In this document: one piece after another, positions 13,346 through 27,852 of the stretch
Position numbering within the stretch: position 1 is the stretch's first letter
How the letters are laid out: each line of letters starts with the position of its first letter
NCBI RefSeq assembly: GCF_006345805.1
Contig: NC_042997.1
Span: 191,704,001 to 191,768,000 of the forward strand
Length of the DNA: 64,000 bases
Direction: 5' to 3'
DNA from: Octopus sinensis
Lineage: Eukaryota
Position numbers and translations under genes: made by a program
The notes under the pieces: model-generated
What the model was told of the DNA's origin: nothing
Seen by the model: the letters and a program-made list of their open reading frames with translations, nothing else
Database searches by the model: none

Positions 13346-14130
13346 GATGGTGATATATATATGTATGTATATACATATTGAAATGCAATATGAAATGCAT
13401 ATTCTGTAATGTGCAACAATCGAAGAACAAAACCAAAAGGAAATAGAATACAAGAAATTTGCAGAAGATAGTTGATTAAATTGATCCAAGTTCTTGGTTG
13501 GAAGATGATATTATGGAGCTAAAGGGAATAAAAAGTGAAGTTGAATTCAGAGCGATTTGAGCCAGAACAAATATTGCTAGACATTTTGTTTAATGCTCCA
13601 ATGGTTCTGTCAGTCTTCTGCCATACATCAATTGACCAACCCACAAGGATGAAAGGGAAGTCAGGCTCTGATGGGATGTGTGATGGAGTTAATAATGATA
13701 GTAGCAATAAACTTTTCTTTATCGTTGTGACAGACAACAGATTAGAGGAGTTTACATAAAATGTTTAGAAGGTTTAGATGGAAAACAAAAAAAAAAGCAA
13801 CAGTATAATTAATATGCAAATATATCAGATTGTCCAAAGAGGACAATCAGCATCTAGGGTCAGTCAAGGGACCCCACAGATCCAGGATTATTCTGATTTT
13901 CAAGGGTTAAGAAAGTGCTCTCTGCTAGTTGTAATCTCTGGCCAACATGCTCATGCTGAGAGTAAACTCATTGATTCAGGCCATATTCAGCAAATTTGTT
14001 TATCCTTTAGTCAGGAAGAAGAGCACAGACCAGACCTTTTAGAGGGTTCTCTAAGTTTAGTGGGAGAAGAGGGGGAAGATATCTTTAAACCAGAGATCTG
14101 GTTTGATTTCTTGTAACATTGTGAACTCTG

Positions 14131-14337
14131 TTAACCCTTAACTCTTTAGCATTTAACCCAGCCATAACCAGCTCAAACATTCTTCCTGTTTTACATTTAA
14201 AATAGCCACAATGTAATTCCTAAAGTAAAGAGTTACATGATTGAAATCTCAAGGCTACAAGACAATACATAATTCAAAATAACGTACATATATAAGCATA
14301 ACATTTCATAGAGTAATTTGGATGCTAAACGGTTAAG
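14131..14337. mobile_element. piggyBac-type MITE (family 1, diverged)
   Basis: TTAACTCTTTAGCAT ... ATGCTAAACGGTTAA; internal similarity to 11235-11462. Confidence 0.75.
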
Positions 14338-14693
14338 GCACTTGCAGTGTGAGCCATGGACTAAGTCTACACTCAAAATTACTGGAAGACGAGTAATTGT
14401 TATCAGCCCTGGATGGATGGAAAGCGATGTCGACATCAACATGAATCAGAACATAAATACCACGAGTCATTATATAGTGTGCTTTCAGACTTGCTGCTCC
14501 TTTTAATATTATCGACACCAATAATTTATGTGTCTGTGTGAGTGTGCGAGATCGGGAGACAGTTTAAGAGCAAAAACAAAAACACACACACAGTTCTTTT
14601 ACAATGATTATTTCACATATTCTTAAATCATCAATCACATCTTTCTCTTTCTCATATGCATATATATGTACATTTGTGCATATACAGTGCAAA

Positions 14694-14709
<16 letters not shown>

Positions 14710-14748
<39 letters not shown>

Positions 14749-15785
14749 CGGAGATGTACTCGCATGCAATTGTGTATATATATATATACACACTCAGACA
14801 TACATGTTTAGTAGGTACTCAAAAAGCAGTGGAATGAATATGAATACATACATATACACACACACACACACACATATATATATATTCATTCAAAGTTTAT
14901 GAGTAACATTGTCCATAGGGACTTCTTGTTTTGTGCATTTTTCCAGGTGATATTTATGTAGTGCTTGTTCTTATGATTTTAGTGTTTGACACTTATTTCA
15001 AGTCAAAGAGTGTGTGAGACTTGATAAATTTGGTTGATTTTATCTGCAAGTAAGCTTGGTTGACTTAAAAAACATTTGCAAGCTACCAGCTGAATGCATG
15101 CTTGTTTATTTACTTCTTATTCATTAAGCAGAGGTGGAAGGGGGATATGCCTATAGTTTCTTTCTTTCTTTCTTTCTTTCTTTTTTTTTTTTTTTTTTTT
15201 TCAGATTCTCAAACGGTGAGATATAATAGTAACTGGAAATGTTACCTTCTGTTTGAAACACAGCATGGTTAGTTTGTTTTGACAATATTGATTATTTGTG
15301 TAAGAGTGAGATTTGGTTTCGGTCTCAGTGTGACAGCTGAGAATGAAGGGGTTAAATATTAAATAGAAATAAGATTACAGTCAGCTCGGCATGGTTATTT
15401 AGTTAGATAGACACACAATTTGAATACACACATCAAAACACTTTCCTCACTCTTTCTCTCTCTCCAGCTCATATATTCACATTTAGCTCAAAGCAATTAA
15501 GGTCCAATGGGTTTTAAGTGTCTCTCTCTCTCTCTCTTTTGCTGGGCTACCAATTGAATGGTCAAGTGACCAAATGTTGCCTCAGCTGTATAATTGCATA
15601 ATTGTGGTAATGAAGCAAGGCATGTTATTCTGCATACCTCAAAGTAATTTACATATGCGTGCTAAGTTGTGAAATTGTTGCTCTAAGTATATGTAAATCT
15701 CAAAGAAAAAAAAATGGAAGAAAAAATAATTACACATGATATCTGTAGTAGTAGAGAAAAAGATGCAGAACAGTATTATATAGAC

Positions 15786-15823
<38 letters not shown>

Positions 15824-16874
15824 TATATATATATTACGGAGATGTACTCGCATGCAATTGTGTATATATATATATATACACACTCAGACATACATGTTTA
15901 GTAGGTACTCAAAAAGCAGTGGAATGAATATGAATACATACATATACACACACACACACACACATATATATATATTCATTCAAAGTTTATGAGTAACATT
16001 GTCCATAGGGACTTCTTGTTTTGTGCATTTTTCCAGGTGATATTTATGTAGTGCTTGTTCTTATGATTTTAGTGTTTGACACTTATTTCAAGTCAAAGAG
16101 TGTGTGAGACTTGATAAATTTGGTTGATTTTATCTGCAAGTAAGCTTGGTTGACTTAAAAAACATTTGCAAGCTACCAGCTGAATGCATGCTTGTTTATT
16201 TACTTCTTATTCATTAAGCAGAGGTGGAAGGGGGATATGCCTATAGTTTCTTTCTTTCTTTCTTTCTTTCTTTTTTTTTTTTTTTTTTTTCAGATTCTCA
16301 AACGGTGAGATATAATAGTAACTGGAAATGTTACCTTCTGTTTGAAACACAGCATGGTTAGTTTGTTTTGACAATATTGATTATTTGTGTAAGAGTGAGA
16401 TTTGGTTTCGGTCTCAGTGTGACAGCTGAGAATGAAGGGGTTAAATATTAAATAGAAATAAGATTACAGTCAGCTCGGCATGGTTATTTAGTTAGATAGA
16501 CACACAATTTGAATACACACATCAAAACACTTTCCTCACTCTTTCTCTCTCTCCAGCTCATATATTCACATTTAGCTCAAAGCAATTAAGGTCCAATGGG
16601 TTTTAAGTGTCTCTCTCTCTCTCTCTTTTGCTGGGCTACCAATTGAATGGTCAAGTGACCAAATGTTGCCTCAGCTGTATAATTGCATAATTGTGGTAAT
16701 GAAGCAAGGCATGTTATTCTGCATACCTCAAAGTAATTTACATATGCGTGCTAAGTTGTGAAATTGTTGCTCTAAGTATATGTAAATCTCAAAGAAAAAA
16801 AAATGGAAGAAAAAATAATTACACATGATATCTGTAGTAGTAGAGAAAAAGATGCAGAACAGTATTATATAGAC

Positions 16875-16880
<6 letters not shown>
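14710..16880. repeat. Near-perfect tandem duplication, unit about 1089 bp, junctions in (TA)n tracts
   Basis: TTACGGAGATGTACTC starts at 14746 and at 15834; the copies read identical by eye except for microsatellite lengths; duplicated spurious ORFs at 15714 and 16803. Confidence 0.97.
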
Positions 16881-16941
<61 letters not shown>

Positions 16942-17816
16942 CATACATCTATATAATACAGTTCTACATCTTTTTATTTATACACACACATACATACACG
17001 CACACACACATATATATATAACCTTATCATTATCACAGAACATCCATGCTTGCATTGTATGCACTATATACATACACAGATGCACACACACACATTGTAT
17101 CTTGGCAAGATCATTGGAACACCAATGAAAGATGCACTGGTTGAACTTCTCTGTTATTTATTAGTCAACTGGTTAGCTAATTATCTGCCAAGCCAATCAT
17201 TTGATCAATCAATCAGTTGGTTTGTCAAAACCTTTTTGATGTAATTTATGACCTCACCATTTGACATGTATAACCAAGTTTTGATTAAATATTGTGATAC
17301 TGTTAGATTGATTTATTGATGAAATGATTAGTCAAACAACCAATTAGTTAACTAATAATATCAAAAGGAAGTGAAATGGAACCAGTGCATGTGTTATCAT
17401 TGGCAAAATGATCCTCTCAAGATACGTGTTCCAACCTAAGATTTCACTCAAAGAATCTTGGAAAATCAATACACTAACAAAATTGTGTGTGTGTGTGTGT
17501 GTGTGTGAATGCATATCTATATACACATATACACATTTTTGTGTGTGTGTGTGTGTGTATATATATACACACACACATTAATACATACATATTCATATAC
17601 ACATACATTTATATATCTATATAGATATATCCTATATATATATATATATATATTTTCATATACATGTATATTCATGCATGTGTATATATACACACACACA
17701 CAATTCATATATTTACATCATATAAAGCCTATTTAACCCATATGAAAGTTGAAAAACAAATTCTCTTTAGTCTGTTTTAGCCATTATAGCTAAAACCAGT
17801 TTGCCATGACAATATA

Positions 17817-17857
<41 letters not shown>

Positions 17858-20800
17858 GCATGTGTGTGTGTGTATACATACACACACACACATATATATA
17901 TATAAATGCTACTTTTCAGTAGGATGTTTTAGTTGATGTTTGCTTCAAAAGCAATCCCGTATTTATAGATAAGTCTAATTTGAGTGTGTCTTTATACAAA
18001 AAAATTTTTTTTTAAGTAATAATGACATTGATATAATTTGAATCCATTAAAGTATATTAATGGCTTCTTTTCTGAGACATTCGAACCTCACAAAGTCAGA
18101 TTCTGAATGGCATCGTTAAAACAAATATCAGCACCAAGGTGAATTTAATTTGAAGATTTAAAAAAAAAAAGTAATAAAGTATAAGTAAAATAATAAATGA
18201 AAATAATATATATGAAAAAAAATCTTATTTTAAACAGCTAGGACATAAAAAAATAATAATAAATGCTTAACGAAGGAGCTGATTTAAAAGACTTTCTTTC
18301 TTTTTTTTTGCGTTAATTTTTCTGTTACAAAGTTCAATATTGCGGTGCTGTCAACCAATTAGAGTTGATACTCTGTTGCTAATAAAGATTTAATAATTGG
18401 ACAGCAGTTTCATTTCTTGTTTTTCATGATCTTTGTGATTTTTTTCACATGATGATGATGATAATGATGAAGAAGATGGTTGGTGGTGGTGGTGGTGATG
18501 TATTCACAAGTGAGTGGCTTTGGTATGCAAAGCAGGCACCTGGTTGCAGACTAGAAACGAACTAACTGAAAGAGCAACTAATTTCACTGAAAGTATTCGA
18601 TAAATGAAAGCTTGAGAAAATGCTTATTTTATGTTTAACTTGTTATTTACAATAATAGTAAATTTCTTTTTCATTTTTTTAAAAGATATTATGTGAATTT
18701 AATTTGGAAGAAAAAAAAATGAGATTGAGAATACTGGAAAAAAAAAAGATTCTAAAATATGAACAAATGAGTGCAACTGAAATCCTTTTTAAAAGTATCC
18801 TCTCAAAATATTTTAGAAAGAGTCATCTCATTAAAAAAAAAAATGCATTTAATTTGAAATTATTATTCAATTTTTCAACCAATTTATAGGTTCTAACTTT
18901 CTTTCTCCAAATAGACTTAACTTCTTTTAAGTAAAAGTAATTTTGTTCTTCAAAAAATTCAGTTAGATTAAAATATAAAATACCCAACAACGTTTGTAGA
19001 ATAAATATTGTCTGCAAATGTAGTCAGCCTATATTGGCAGTTTGTAACCCTGCTAGTGTCAGGGAAAGGAAATTACATCAACTTCTCTGTTTGATGATCA
19101 GTGGTGGAAAGGTTACAAACAACTTGATGCCTTTTACATTGGCAGACATAGAGCAAATTGTATGAGTTTATTCTGCAAACATTATTTGAGTAGATGATGA
19201 TTTGTCTATGCATTAATGTCATCATTTTCATATAAGGTTAGGGAGAAAATATTTGCTATGCTTCTAGTTTTACATTGCCCTTTTTCTGCATCCTACTTTC
19301 GGAAAATTTCATCCACAAAGTGGACATCAAGTGAAGCGACGACATTTAAAGAAATTCCAGTTACAGTTGAATGCTTCAACACAGGTCTTGCTGACTTATG
19401 ACCTGTCATACAAATAGTTGACTAAACAAGACATGAAAAGAAAAAAAAAAAAAACAACCCCTCCCACCATTAAAAAAAAAATGCAAAAAAAAAAAAAGAA
19501 AAAAATTTGGAAGAAAATATCAAATAACTGTTGAATGTGCCCTATTAACTGGATTTAAAATTTTGTTTTCTGTTCCCATTGTAAGGTGAAAATATACAGA
19601 AAACGTAACATGAAATGGAATTGAAAATTTTCTTTTTTAAGAATGATCACTGTAAATGGAAAATACATGAGTTAGTTGAGAAATGCATAGTATATTGTTT
19701 GGCAGATTTAGTAAGGGTAGAAATGGAAAAGGTTTCTAGTCAAACTAAAGAGGAACAATGTGATGTAATTCAGAAATCAATATAGCACTCTAAAGAGAAA
19801 TGAAACATTTTAGCACCAAATTTTGTAGAACAAAACATAAAATTTTGTACCAGTACCAAGACACATACCATAATAAAATATGACAAATTTGAGACAACTT
19901 ACTTTAACCACCCCCAAAAGTGACACATTTAAAATAATAATAAAAGAATAAATGGTAAAAAAATGTAAGAAAAGAAAATGCCTATATGAATTAATTTGGT
20001 TTCTATTTTAACTATCACAAATATTTCATAAGAAAGCTTTCTTAAAAAAATTTTTTTTCACTGAATGCAAAAAAAATAAAATAAAAAATATAAATAAAAA
20101 ATGAAAGTAAAAAAAAATTCTTCAAGAATATAATTGAGCTTACATAGAAACACTAATGTGAAAAGCTACAAAAAAAAAGAAGAAAAATTTTTTTTAAATT
20201 ATATAAAATAAAGTATATTCTTTGATAAAGTTTCAACTTGGAGATAACTTAATTTTTCAAAATACCAATTTCTGAATTATATTTTCTGCATGTCATTATC
20301 ATAACTAGCAGATTGCATCACCAAAAATTAAGTGATGTCAATTCTCTCTACTGGATAAACAGATATTCCCTGAATATGAAGCTTTTACTATTATGGATTA
20401 AGTAGAATGCATTTGGTAGGATCAAAAATTTTATAACTGGATACATATTTGCAAGCAAATAACTCTCCAGTCATATTTTTATCAAACCACACAGACATTT
20501 TATATAACTTAACTGTGATGTACAGTTGTCATAAGCTACAGATTAGGTGTTTGCAATGTGGTTTTGATTCCTAATTGAGCCATTTCACTCAACATATTTT
20601 TTTTTGGTATCTTTCTCTTTAGTTGAGACAGTTGACATCAACACTTCTTAGAATATGGCATAAATAAAACTAATGACCCAGTCTTTGGTAAAGTGTCAGT
20701 ACTTTAATGCTATTTCTTTTTTGTTTAGTCTTTCTCATTTATAGCTTAATAGCAGAGAGTATCAACTGTGTAAAGATAATGATGCAATTACAGGTTTGAA

Positions 20801-22889
20801 TGAAGCTTTAAAAAAATCTCAAATAGAGAAGCCACTAACATGCAGTGAATGCAAGACTGGTCTATGGGAACCCTTTAACCAATAATTGCACACAAATGCA
20901 TGACAAAAAGGTAAAAAAAAAAAGGATTTTATATCTCAAATGAAGCAGCTCTTTTTACAATCATCAAAGAATATTTCAATGAAGTGTCACAAACACCTGG
21001 GAAATTAAGTAGGTTGAAGATGCATTTCTAATGCACAACTTCTGAAATATTTGAGCGTCAGAGATACATAGAACAAAGGAAAGAGTGAGATTAAAACAAG
21101 AGAAAAAAAAAAAAAAAAAATTAAATCCACAAGTGGATAAAGGAAGAAATAAAATATCACCTGATGGTTTTATTATTTGGAAATTCTCAAAGACCCTAAA
21201 ACTAATATTCTGAATTTTGCAAGACTAAAGGCAATATTATTGCTTCTTTCATAATATTAGCACTGCCACACTACTGAGGACTGGTTCTTAAGATTTATTT
21301 GTGCCATAATCTTGTCAACAACATCTGTTAATTCCCTCCAGGCTTGCTTTTAGCTTCAAAAAAGCCTTTTGGAGTAAAGTTTTATTTTAATACTATAATA
21401 ATATAAAAACATAAAGATATTATCACAGAGATATCAATTGAGTGTTGATATACTCCTGTAGAATGTATATTAGTGGGGAAAGTACTTAGAGATTTGCAAA
21501 CAACTTGCTTGTGCAAGTGGTGCCAATTGAAAGGTTCATATATGGGATGCCAGTAGGTTTCAGGGCTCACCAGGAGAGAACACACACCGTTTTGGATCCT
21601 TTCTCTCAATGGCTTAGTAGCACAGTAGTAGTTATAGTACCAAGTTTTAAGCAATAGCTTCTACAAATAAAATTTTAAAATCCATTTGTAAAAAAAATAA
21701 AAAATAAAAATAAAAAGATAAATAAAATACTAAAAAGAAATTATATGTTGTGTCATAAATTAATTTTGGTTTTAAGCATATTTTTGGTCTCAAATTTGAA
21801 ACTAAGTAATATATATATATATATATACATATATATATTAAATCATTGAAGGGTGGGGATTTGACAGTAAAACCTGTTTATGATAGCAATGATGAAAATG
21901 AATAAGTAGAAATGAAACTCCAGGAAGGAAAAGAGAACTGCTTGGAAGCACAGAGATAAAAACTAAATGAAGGTAATAAGAACATACAAACCTTCATTCC
22001 TCACTCAGTTTTATGAGAAGACTAAGAAGCAAAATTCTTAAACATATAGAAATCATTATGAGCTCTTTTTTTTCCCATTCCTGAAAAATTTGTTCTCTTC
22101 CCAATTTTACCATACTAAGAAAAAGAGTCGCACTATTTTGTTGAATGATAAAAATTGTTAACATTGGAGATTAGAGCAAAAAGTTTGGGAGGCGGGAGAA
22201 AGAAGATATGGAAAAAAAAAAATACTGTTAGGGTTAAGGCTATTTAAAAAAAAAATGTTTAGAGATTTGTCTAAATAAGGAATGTGTATGATGGATAATT
22301 GATCTAACAAGTTTGCATGTTGAATCCAATTGGATGTAGAGTAACAGTGAAAATAAAATGAAGAAGCTGACCATAAGAGTAGTTTTTAATCTCACCTCCA
22401 CACTCTTAACAGAAGCAAGGTAGGTGGATAGGCAAAGGGAGCTCAAAAATAAATATAGACTGAAACTGAATTTTGGGACAAATTCAGTGAAACTTGTTGT
22501 GTTTTGGTGTTTGTATTATTATATAAATCAAACAAGTCACTTGGTAACTTGGTTTTTCACTGTTAGTACACATTTTGTGTTAAGACCAAAGTATGTTAAT
22601 ATTTGAAGAGAGAGAGAGAGAGAAAATAAAACAAAGAAATATGTTTTTGATATTAATATATCTGTATCTTGTGAGTAATCAATACCTTAATATAAAAGTA
22701 TTGAAAAAAAAAAAAAAAGGAAGGCAAGTGTCTTTGTGCAGATATATAAAAAAAAAGTTAGTGGAATTGAAAAAAAAAAGAAATTAAAAAAAAAGTTAGA
22801 TCAATAATTATGTAAAGTGAATATTTAGTTAAACACATGCAGCAAATGTTATCTGCAATATGTTACTAAAAATGTAAGATGATGATGAT

Positions 22890-23070
22890 GGTGGTGTTTC
22901 AAGTTTTGACACGTAACCAGTAATTGAGGAAGGGGTATGTTGATCACATTGAACCCAGTGTTCAACAGGTACTTATTTTATTGGCCCCCAAAAGTATGAA
23001 AGGCAAAGTCAACCATGGCAGAATTTGAAACAAAAGAAATGCCACTACACTAATAATTCTGCCAGTTCAT
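22890..23070 (-). mobile_element. Degenerate Meta-domain SINE (family C)
   Basis: GGTACTTATTTTATTG..ATGAAAGGCAAAGTCAACC..GGCAGAATTTGAA, the reverse of the family C body. Confidence 0.7.
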
Positions 23071-23724
23071 CATACTAATACACTAATAACACACATATAT
23101 ATACATATATATATATATTATATATATGTTATTGGAAGTTGAATAAAAAAAAAAAAAAAAAAAAACAATTGTTAGTTTGAATTGTAAGAATATAGCAAAT
23201 GGGAAACTTCCGACTCCATTCTAGGTCAGTTATGTTTTAGGAGTATATTTAGTTCCAGATCAGACCTAATCAAGCAGTCTTTTGACTAACAGTACTCCAA
23301 TCCCACCTCCACTGCACCCCAGATAGTGAACTACATTATCCAGAGTCTTCTATTGTCTTTTGGGGGGAGGGGGTAAGAAGAGAGGGTGTGATTAGATGAG
23401 ATTTGACTGCTATTCCTAAATCAAATAAATGTGTCTACTTGAGGAATGGATGCAAAGAGAGTGTAGATGAAGGCCCCCCTGTGAGAAGTTGAGGTGATTA
23501 TTAACCAGAAGTTATTACAGTAAAATTACTAATTACTGTGGCGTTACAAACAGCAGTCAAGCAGTTGATGAAAGTGGTGGTATGTTTGAACATTCAAACT
23601 GGTGAGTCACTAAATGGCAGCTAAGATCTTACTGGTTTAAGTATAAAATAAATCTTACACAAAATAATAAAAATGCCAAAGACAATCATGTAAGAAGGAT
23701 TTATAATTTCCAGCAAGATGACAC

Positions 23725-23947
23725 TTAACCATTTGCCTATCTAAAGTATTTTCATAAATTTGTCTTAAGTGTCCATGCTTGTTTTCAGACTTGCCTCAAA
23801 TGATCTGAGCAATATAAAGCTTTGCTTTCCTAAGTCCCAAGTTACTCTGGTGGTTGGAAAAAAAAAAAAAAAATGTATATTATATATGATGCATGGACAC
23901 CAGGAAAATATGTCCTGTGTATCACAAGACGACAGGCAAAGGGTTAA
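23725..23947. mobile_element. piggyBac-type MITE (family 3)
   Basis: TTAA|CCATTTGCCTATC ... GACAGGCAAAGGG|TTAA imperfect TIRs. Confidence 0.65.
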
Positions 23948-24612
23948 AATAGAAAAGAAACAAAAAAAAAAATAAGGGGAAAAGAAGAAAGTCTGATAAA
24001 TTGGGAGAAGAGGAAAGTAGAAATGAAACCATTATATATTATATAATGGGAAGTCTGTTTTCATTTATTGAAAATGAGAGTATCAATGTATGAAAACACA
24101 AGAGGTTTCAGAAAAATGAACCGTTTAAAAGTGGAAGGTAAAATGAGTCAGAATGATGATGAGAAAAGAGAAAACTATTTAAACAGGCTTTACTATGTAT
24201 GAAGTTTAAATCAAGAGGGAGCAAGTAATAAAATGTTATATATGTTTATATATATATATATACATACACACACATGCATAAAAAAAAAATAATAAAAATG
24301 TAGGTTGTGTCTTGATTCTGTTTAAGAAAAAAAAAAAAGACAACAATAATAAAAATTAATAATACGGACAACCTTCTGTGCTTCAGTCTTAGCTGATAGT
24401 TTATAACAAATGGAGCAATTTTGTCACTCAAATTTATTGTTTGGTTATACAGAAGTATGACAGTAACTGAGATGTTACAGTATCCCATGCATTTATAAGC
24501 ACACACATGTATACATACTCACATATATATGCATACATATGCACATATACTCACACACAAATTCATACATATACATGTATGTATATATGCATATATACGT
24601 GTTTATAAATAT

Positions 24613-24658
<46 letters not shown>

Positions 24659-26918
24659 GTAAACACACTCAAAAGTATATAGACAAAACAAAACACTGAA
24701 TATACAGTGTACACAAAAGCAACTTTGCTTTAATGTTCTTAAATTTAAACTAAAGAGAAAAGAGATAATAGAATACGTTGAAAAAAAAAATGAAGGAAGT
24801 GGAAAAAAAAAACAAAATAAAAATAAAAATAAAGGTAAGTTTAAAAAAAAATCTACTGAATGCAGCAGATTAACATGTTTTTTTTTTTTCTTTTAGTGTT
24901 TGTGTAGTTCAATATATGGAAACAGTTTTTGTCTCCAAGAGGCCAACTCGAACAATGGAAAACATAAGCAAACAGACCACTCTTGCAAAATGGTTTCAAA
25001 ACAGAAAAAATATTGTCCTTAGATTCTGTAGCTGTTGCACAGTAGTCTTTAAGTGTCGTACAATCTTCAAAAATATCTCCAAACTGCAGATATTCGTATC
25101 TTGTTCTTTCATTTCAAATATTTGATAAAGCATCGTAACAATGTTACTTTTTGTTTTGTTTTGTTTTGTTTTTTTCATTAAGCGTTTTTCACAGAATGTC
25201 TTTTAGTCTTTCATAGTAAACGAGAAAAAAAAAAAGAGGAGAAAACAAACAAAAAAAAACAACAAATAAAGAAACATATACATGAAGTTATGTAATGAAC
25301 TAGTTATAAACGTGTGATATGTGAACTGGATACACAGTTATTTGAATGACAGACGTGTTAGCCTGTTCATTTACAAAAAGTTGAATAGTTATTCATCACA
25401 TTGTACATTGATAAAGCTGGAAAAATTCAGACACCACTGGTGGTGGTGGTGTGTGATATATATAAGAGTTAGTTTTGTTTTTCTTTTTTTTTTGGAAGAA
25501 GCCTTTTTCACTTATTTTTTTTTCATGTTTCATCTTTTTTTTTTATCAGTATGTTATTTTTTTTTCTTTTTCTTTTTATGCTATTCTTTCATATGCAATT
25601 AAATTTTTAAATTTTCCATTTTCTTAATAGTATATTGAAACCACAGTTTGATGAAATATTAGAAAATTCATCATGGTAGAACAACAACAACAACAAAAAA
25701 AAACCAAAAAGGAAGAAAGAAACAAACAAGCACTAACCAGAAAATATTTCAGTCAAATGGTAGCTGTATAGTTATTAACATGATTACATTCATGTGTATA
25801 TGTGTGAGGGTCTGTGTGTGTATGTGAGTATATATATATATATTTAAATATATATATGTTTAGTCCTTGTTTAGAGAAGAATATTGTCTTTGTGGCTCAC
25901 GTATATACATTAGAAAATGGCCAGTTAAGAAAACAAAAACTGAAAGAAAAACTTTGGAAAAGGGCAGTGAAGAATTAAAAAGAAAACAGTTATACAGTTT
26001 AAAATGAAATCATTCAGTTGGATATTATTTTACCCAATGGTTAAACAGTAAAACTTCAATTTAAGAAAGATCAAAAGTAATACGGACTTAGTAACACAAA
26101 TGGACCACAAAGAAAGGCAAAGTAACATTGAGTACTTTGTTCCATACATAGAATAATACAATCACAGAGTTAACATTCAGGAAGGATTTTTAAAAATCAT
26201 ACACACACTCAAACGCACAAAATTTTTTTTTTAAAAAAAAGAAAAAAAATCAGAGAAACTGGAAATATCTTTTAACAGGAAATATATAAATATATATTTG
26301 TATTTTCAATTATGAATTAAGCTTGTAGTAAATAGCAGTTGCTTGTTTGTTACAGAAAATTAAAATTCCAAGTTCAGTTATGCACATCTAAGATTGTAAT
26401 GCATTTTGCAAACAAAAATGTAATGAAGAATTTTAGAAAAGCAAAATTGTGTATTGCTTTGCCTTATCAAATTTAGTAACAATGAACTTAGGTATTACTA
26501 CAAACTTAATTAAGAGTATTTAAGCAAAGAAACAAACCCTCAAGGTTTACTTGTCCACGAAACACATCATACCAAGGTAAATTACACTCAGATTCCACTA
26601 AATACATCCTGTCTATCTTTCTAGAAGCATACCAATAGATTCATGTATACACCAACACACACATACATGAGATATCTTTTATATATAAATATATGCTTAA
26701 GATGTTCAGCAAGCCTTCATATATGAATATTATTTTAATGAAGAAAAACTGAACAGCGAATTCAAAGTTTCAGATCAATTGACCATCGTCAGACAAGTCT
26801 AGTAAAGGCAACTGAGCAAAAATTTCCAAATCAATGACATTTTCTTTCTTAAAATAAAACGAAATGTGACACTACTAATATGTATTGAGCAGTCCTTCAA
26901 TTAATGCTTGACTGTTTT

Positions 26919-27172
26919 ATACATACACACACACACACGTGTGTGTGTGTGTATATATATATATATACACACACACACAAACATACACACATATATATGT
27001 ATATGTACATGTATATATGCATATGTATAGATACACACATGTATATATATATATATGTATATATGTGTATGTATATATACACACGTGTGTATATACACAC
27101 ACATATATACATATGTGGATATATATGTGTGTGTGTATCTTGTATGTGTGTGTGTACATGCGCGTATGTGTA
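26919..27172. repeat. Compound (CA)/(TA)/(TG) microsatellite (representative; similar tracts at ~16880, 17480-17900, 24500-24660, 27490-27600, 29810-29990, 30150-30830)
   Basis: Alternating purine-pyrimidine low-complexity sequence; source of the YIYI/CVCV/THTH spurious ORFs. Confidence 0.95.
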
Positions 27173-27493
27173 AATGGAGTTTTATAATTTAATTGAAATG
27201 CCATTTGACACAGAACATTCAGTGTATTTATAAACATTCATTTAGGAGTGTAAACAGGGGAAAAGTACTCAATACATGTAGTATAGTTTATCTATTCACT
27301 GGAAGCTGATGATTCATTCCATTGCCACCCTCGACTTTCTCCCAATTGTGTATTGCTTCAAGTGGCTGCTCTGAGTAATACACAAAAACGAGACACTCTG
27401 AGTAGCAACAGATATCTACAGACATTTTATGCATGATGCAGAGAGAAGGGTCAAATGAGTAAGAGTATAGCTGACTACAAACATACGTTTGTA

Positions 27494-27525
<32 letters not shown>

Positions 27526-27532
27526 CATATAC

Positions 27533-27587
<55 letters not shown>

Positions 27588-27628
27588 AACACACAGAGAA
27601 AGAAAGAGAGAGAAGTGCAAGAGATAAG

Positions 27629-27852
27629 TTAACCTCTTAGCATTTAAACCAGCCATATCACCTGAAATATTATACCTACTTTATGGTCAAAATGACCAGT
27701 TCAGTTCCTCACACCTACCCTACAATGTCATTTAAAATATAAGCAAGCACATCATCAAAATCTCGAAGCTACAAGATAATGCATGATTAATTTTTTAAAA
27801 AGGTGAATAAGCAAGCATTACATTCGACGGTAACTGGAATGCTAAAGGGTTA
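27629..27852. mobile_element. piggyBac-type MITE (family 1)
   Basis: TTAACCTCTTAGCATT ... AATGCTAAAGGGTTA. Confidence 0.8.

Noticed and set aside
13519-14116. Cluster of 70-110 aa ORFs
   Set aside because: No recognisable domain or splice framework; possibly a very old LINE remnant, but I cannot support a call
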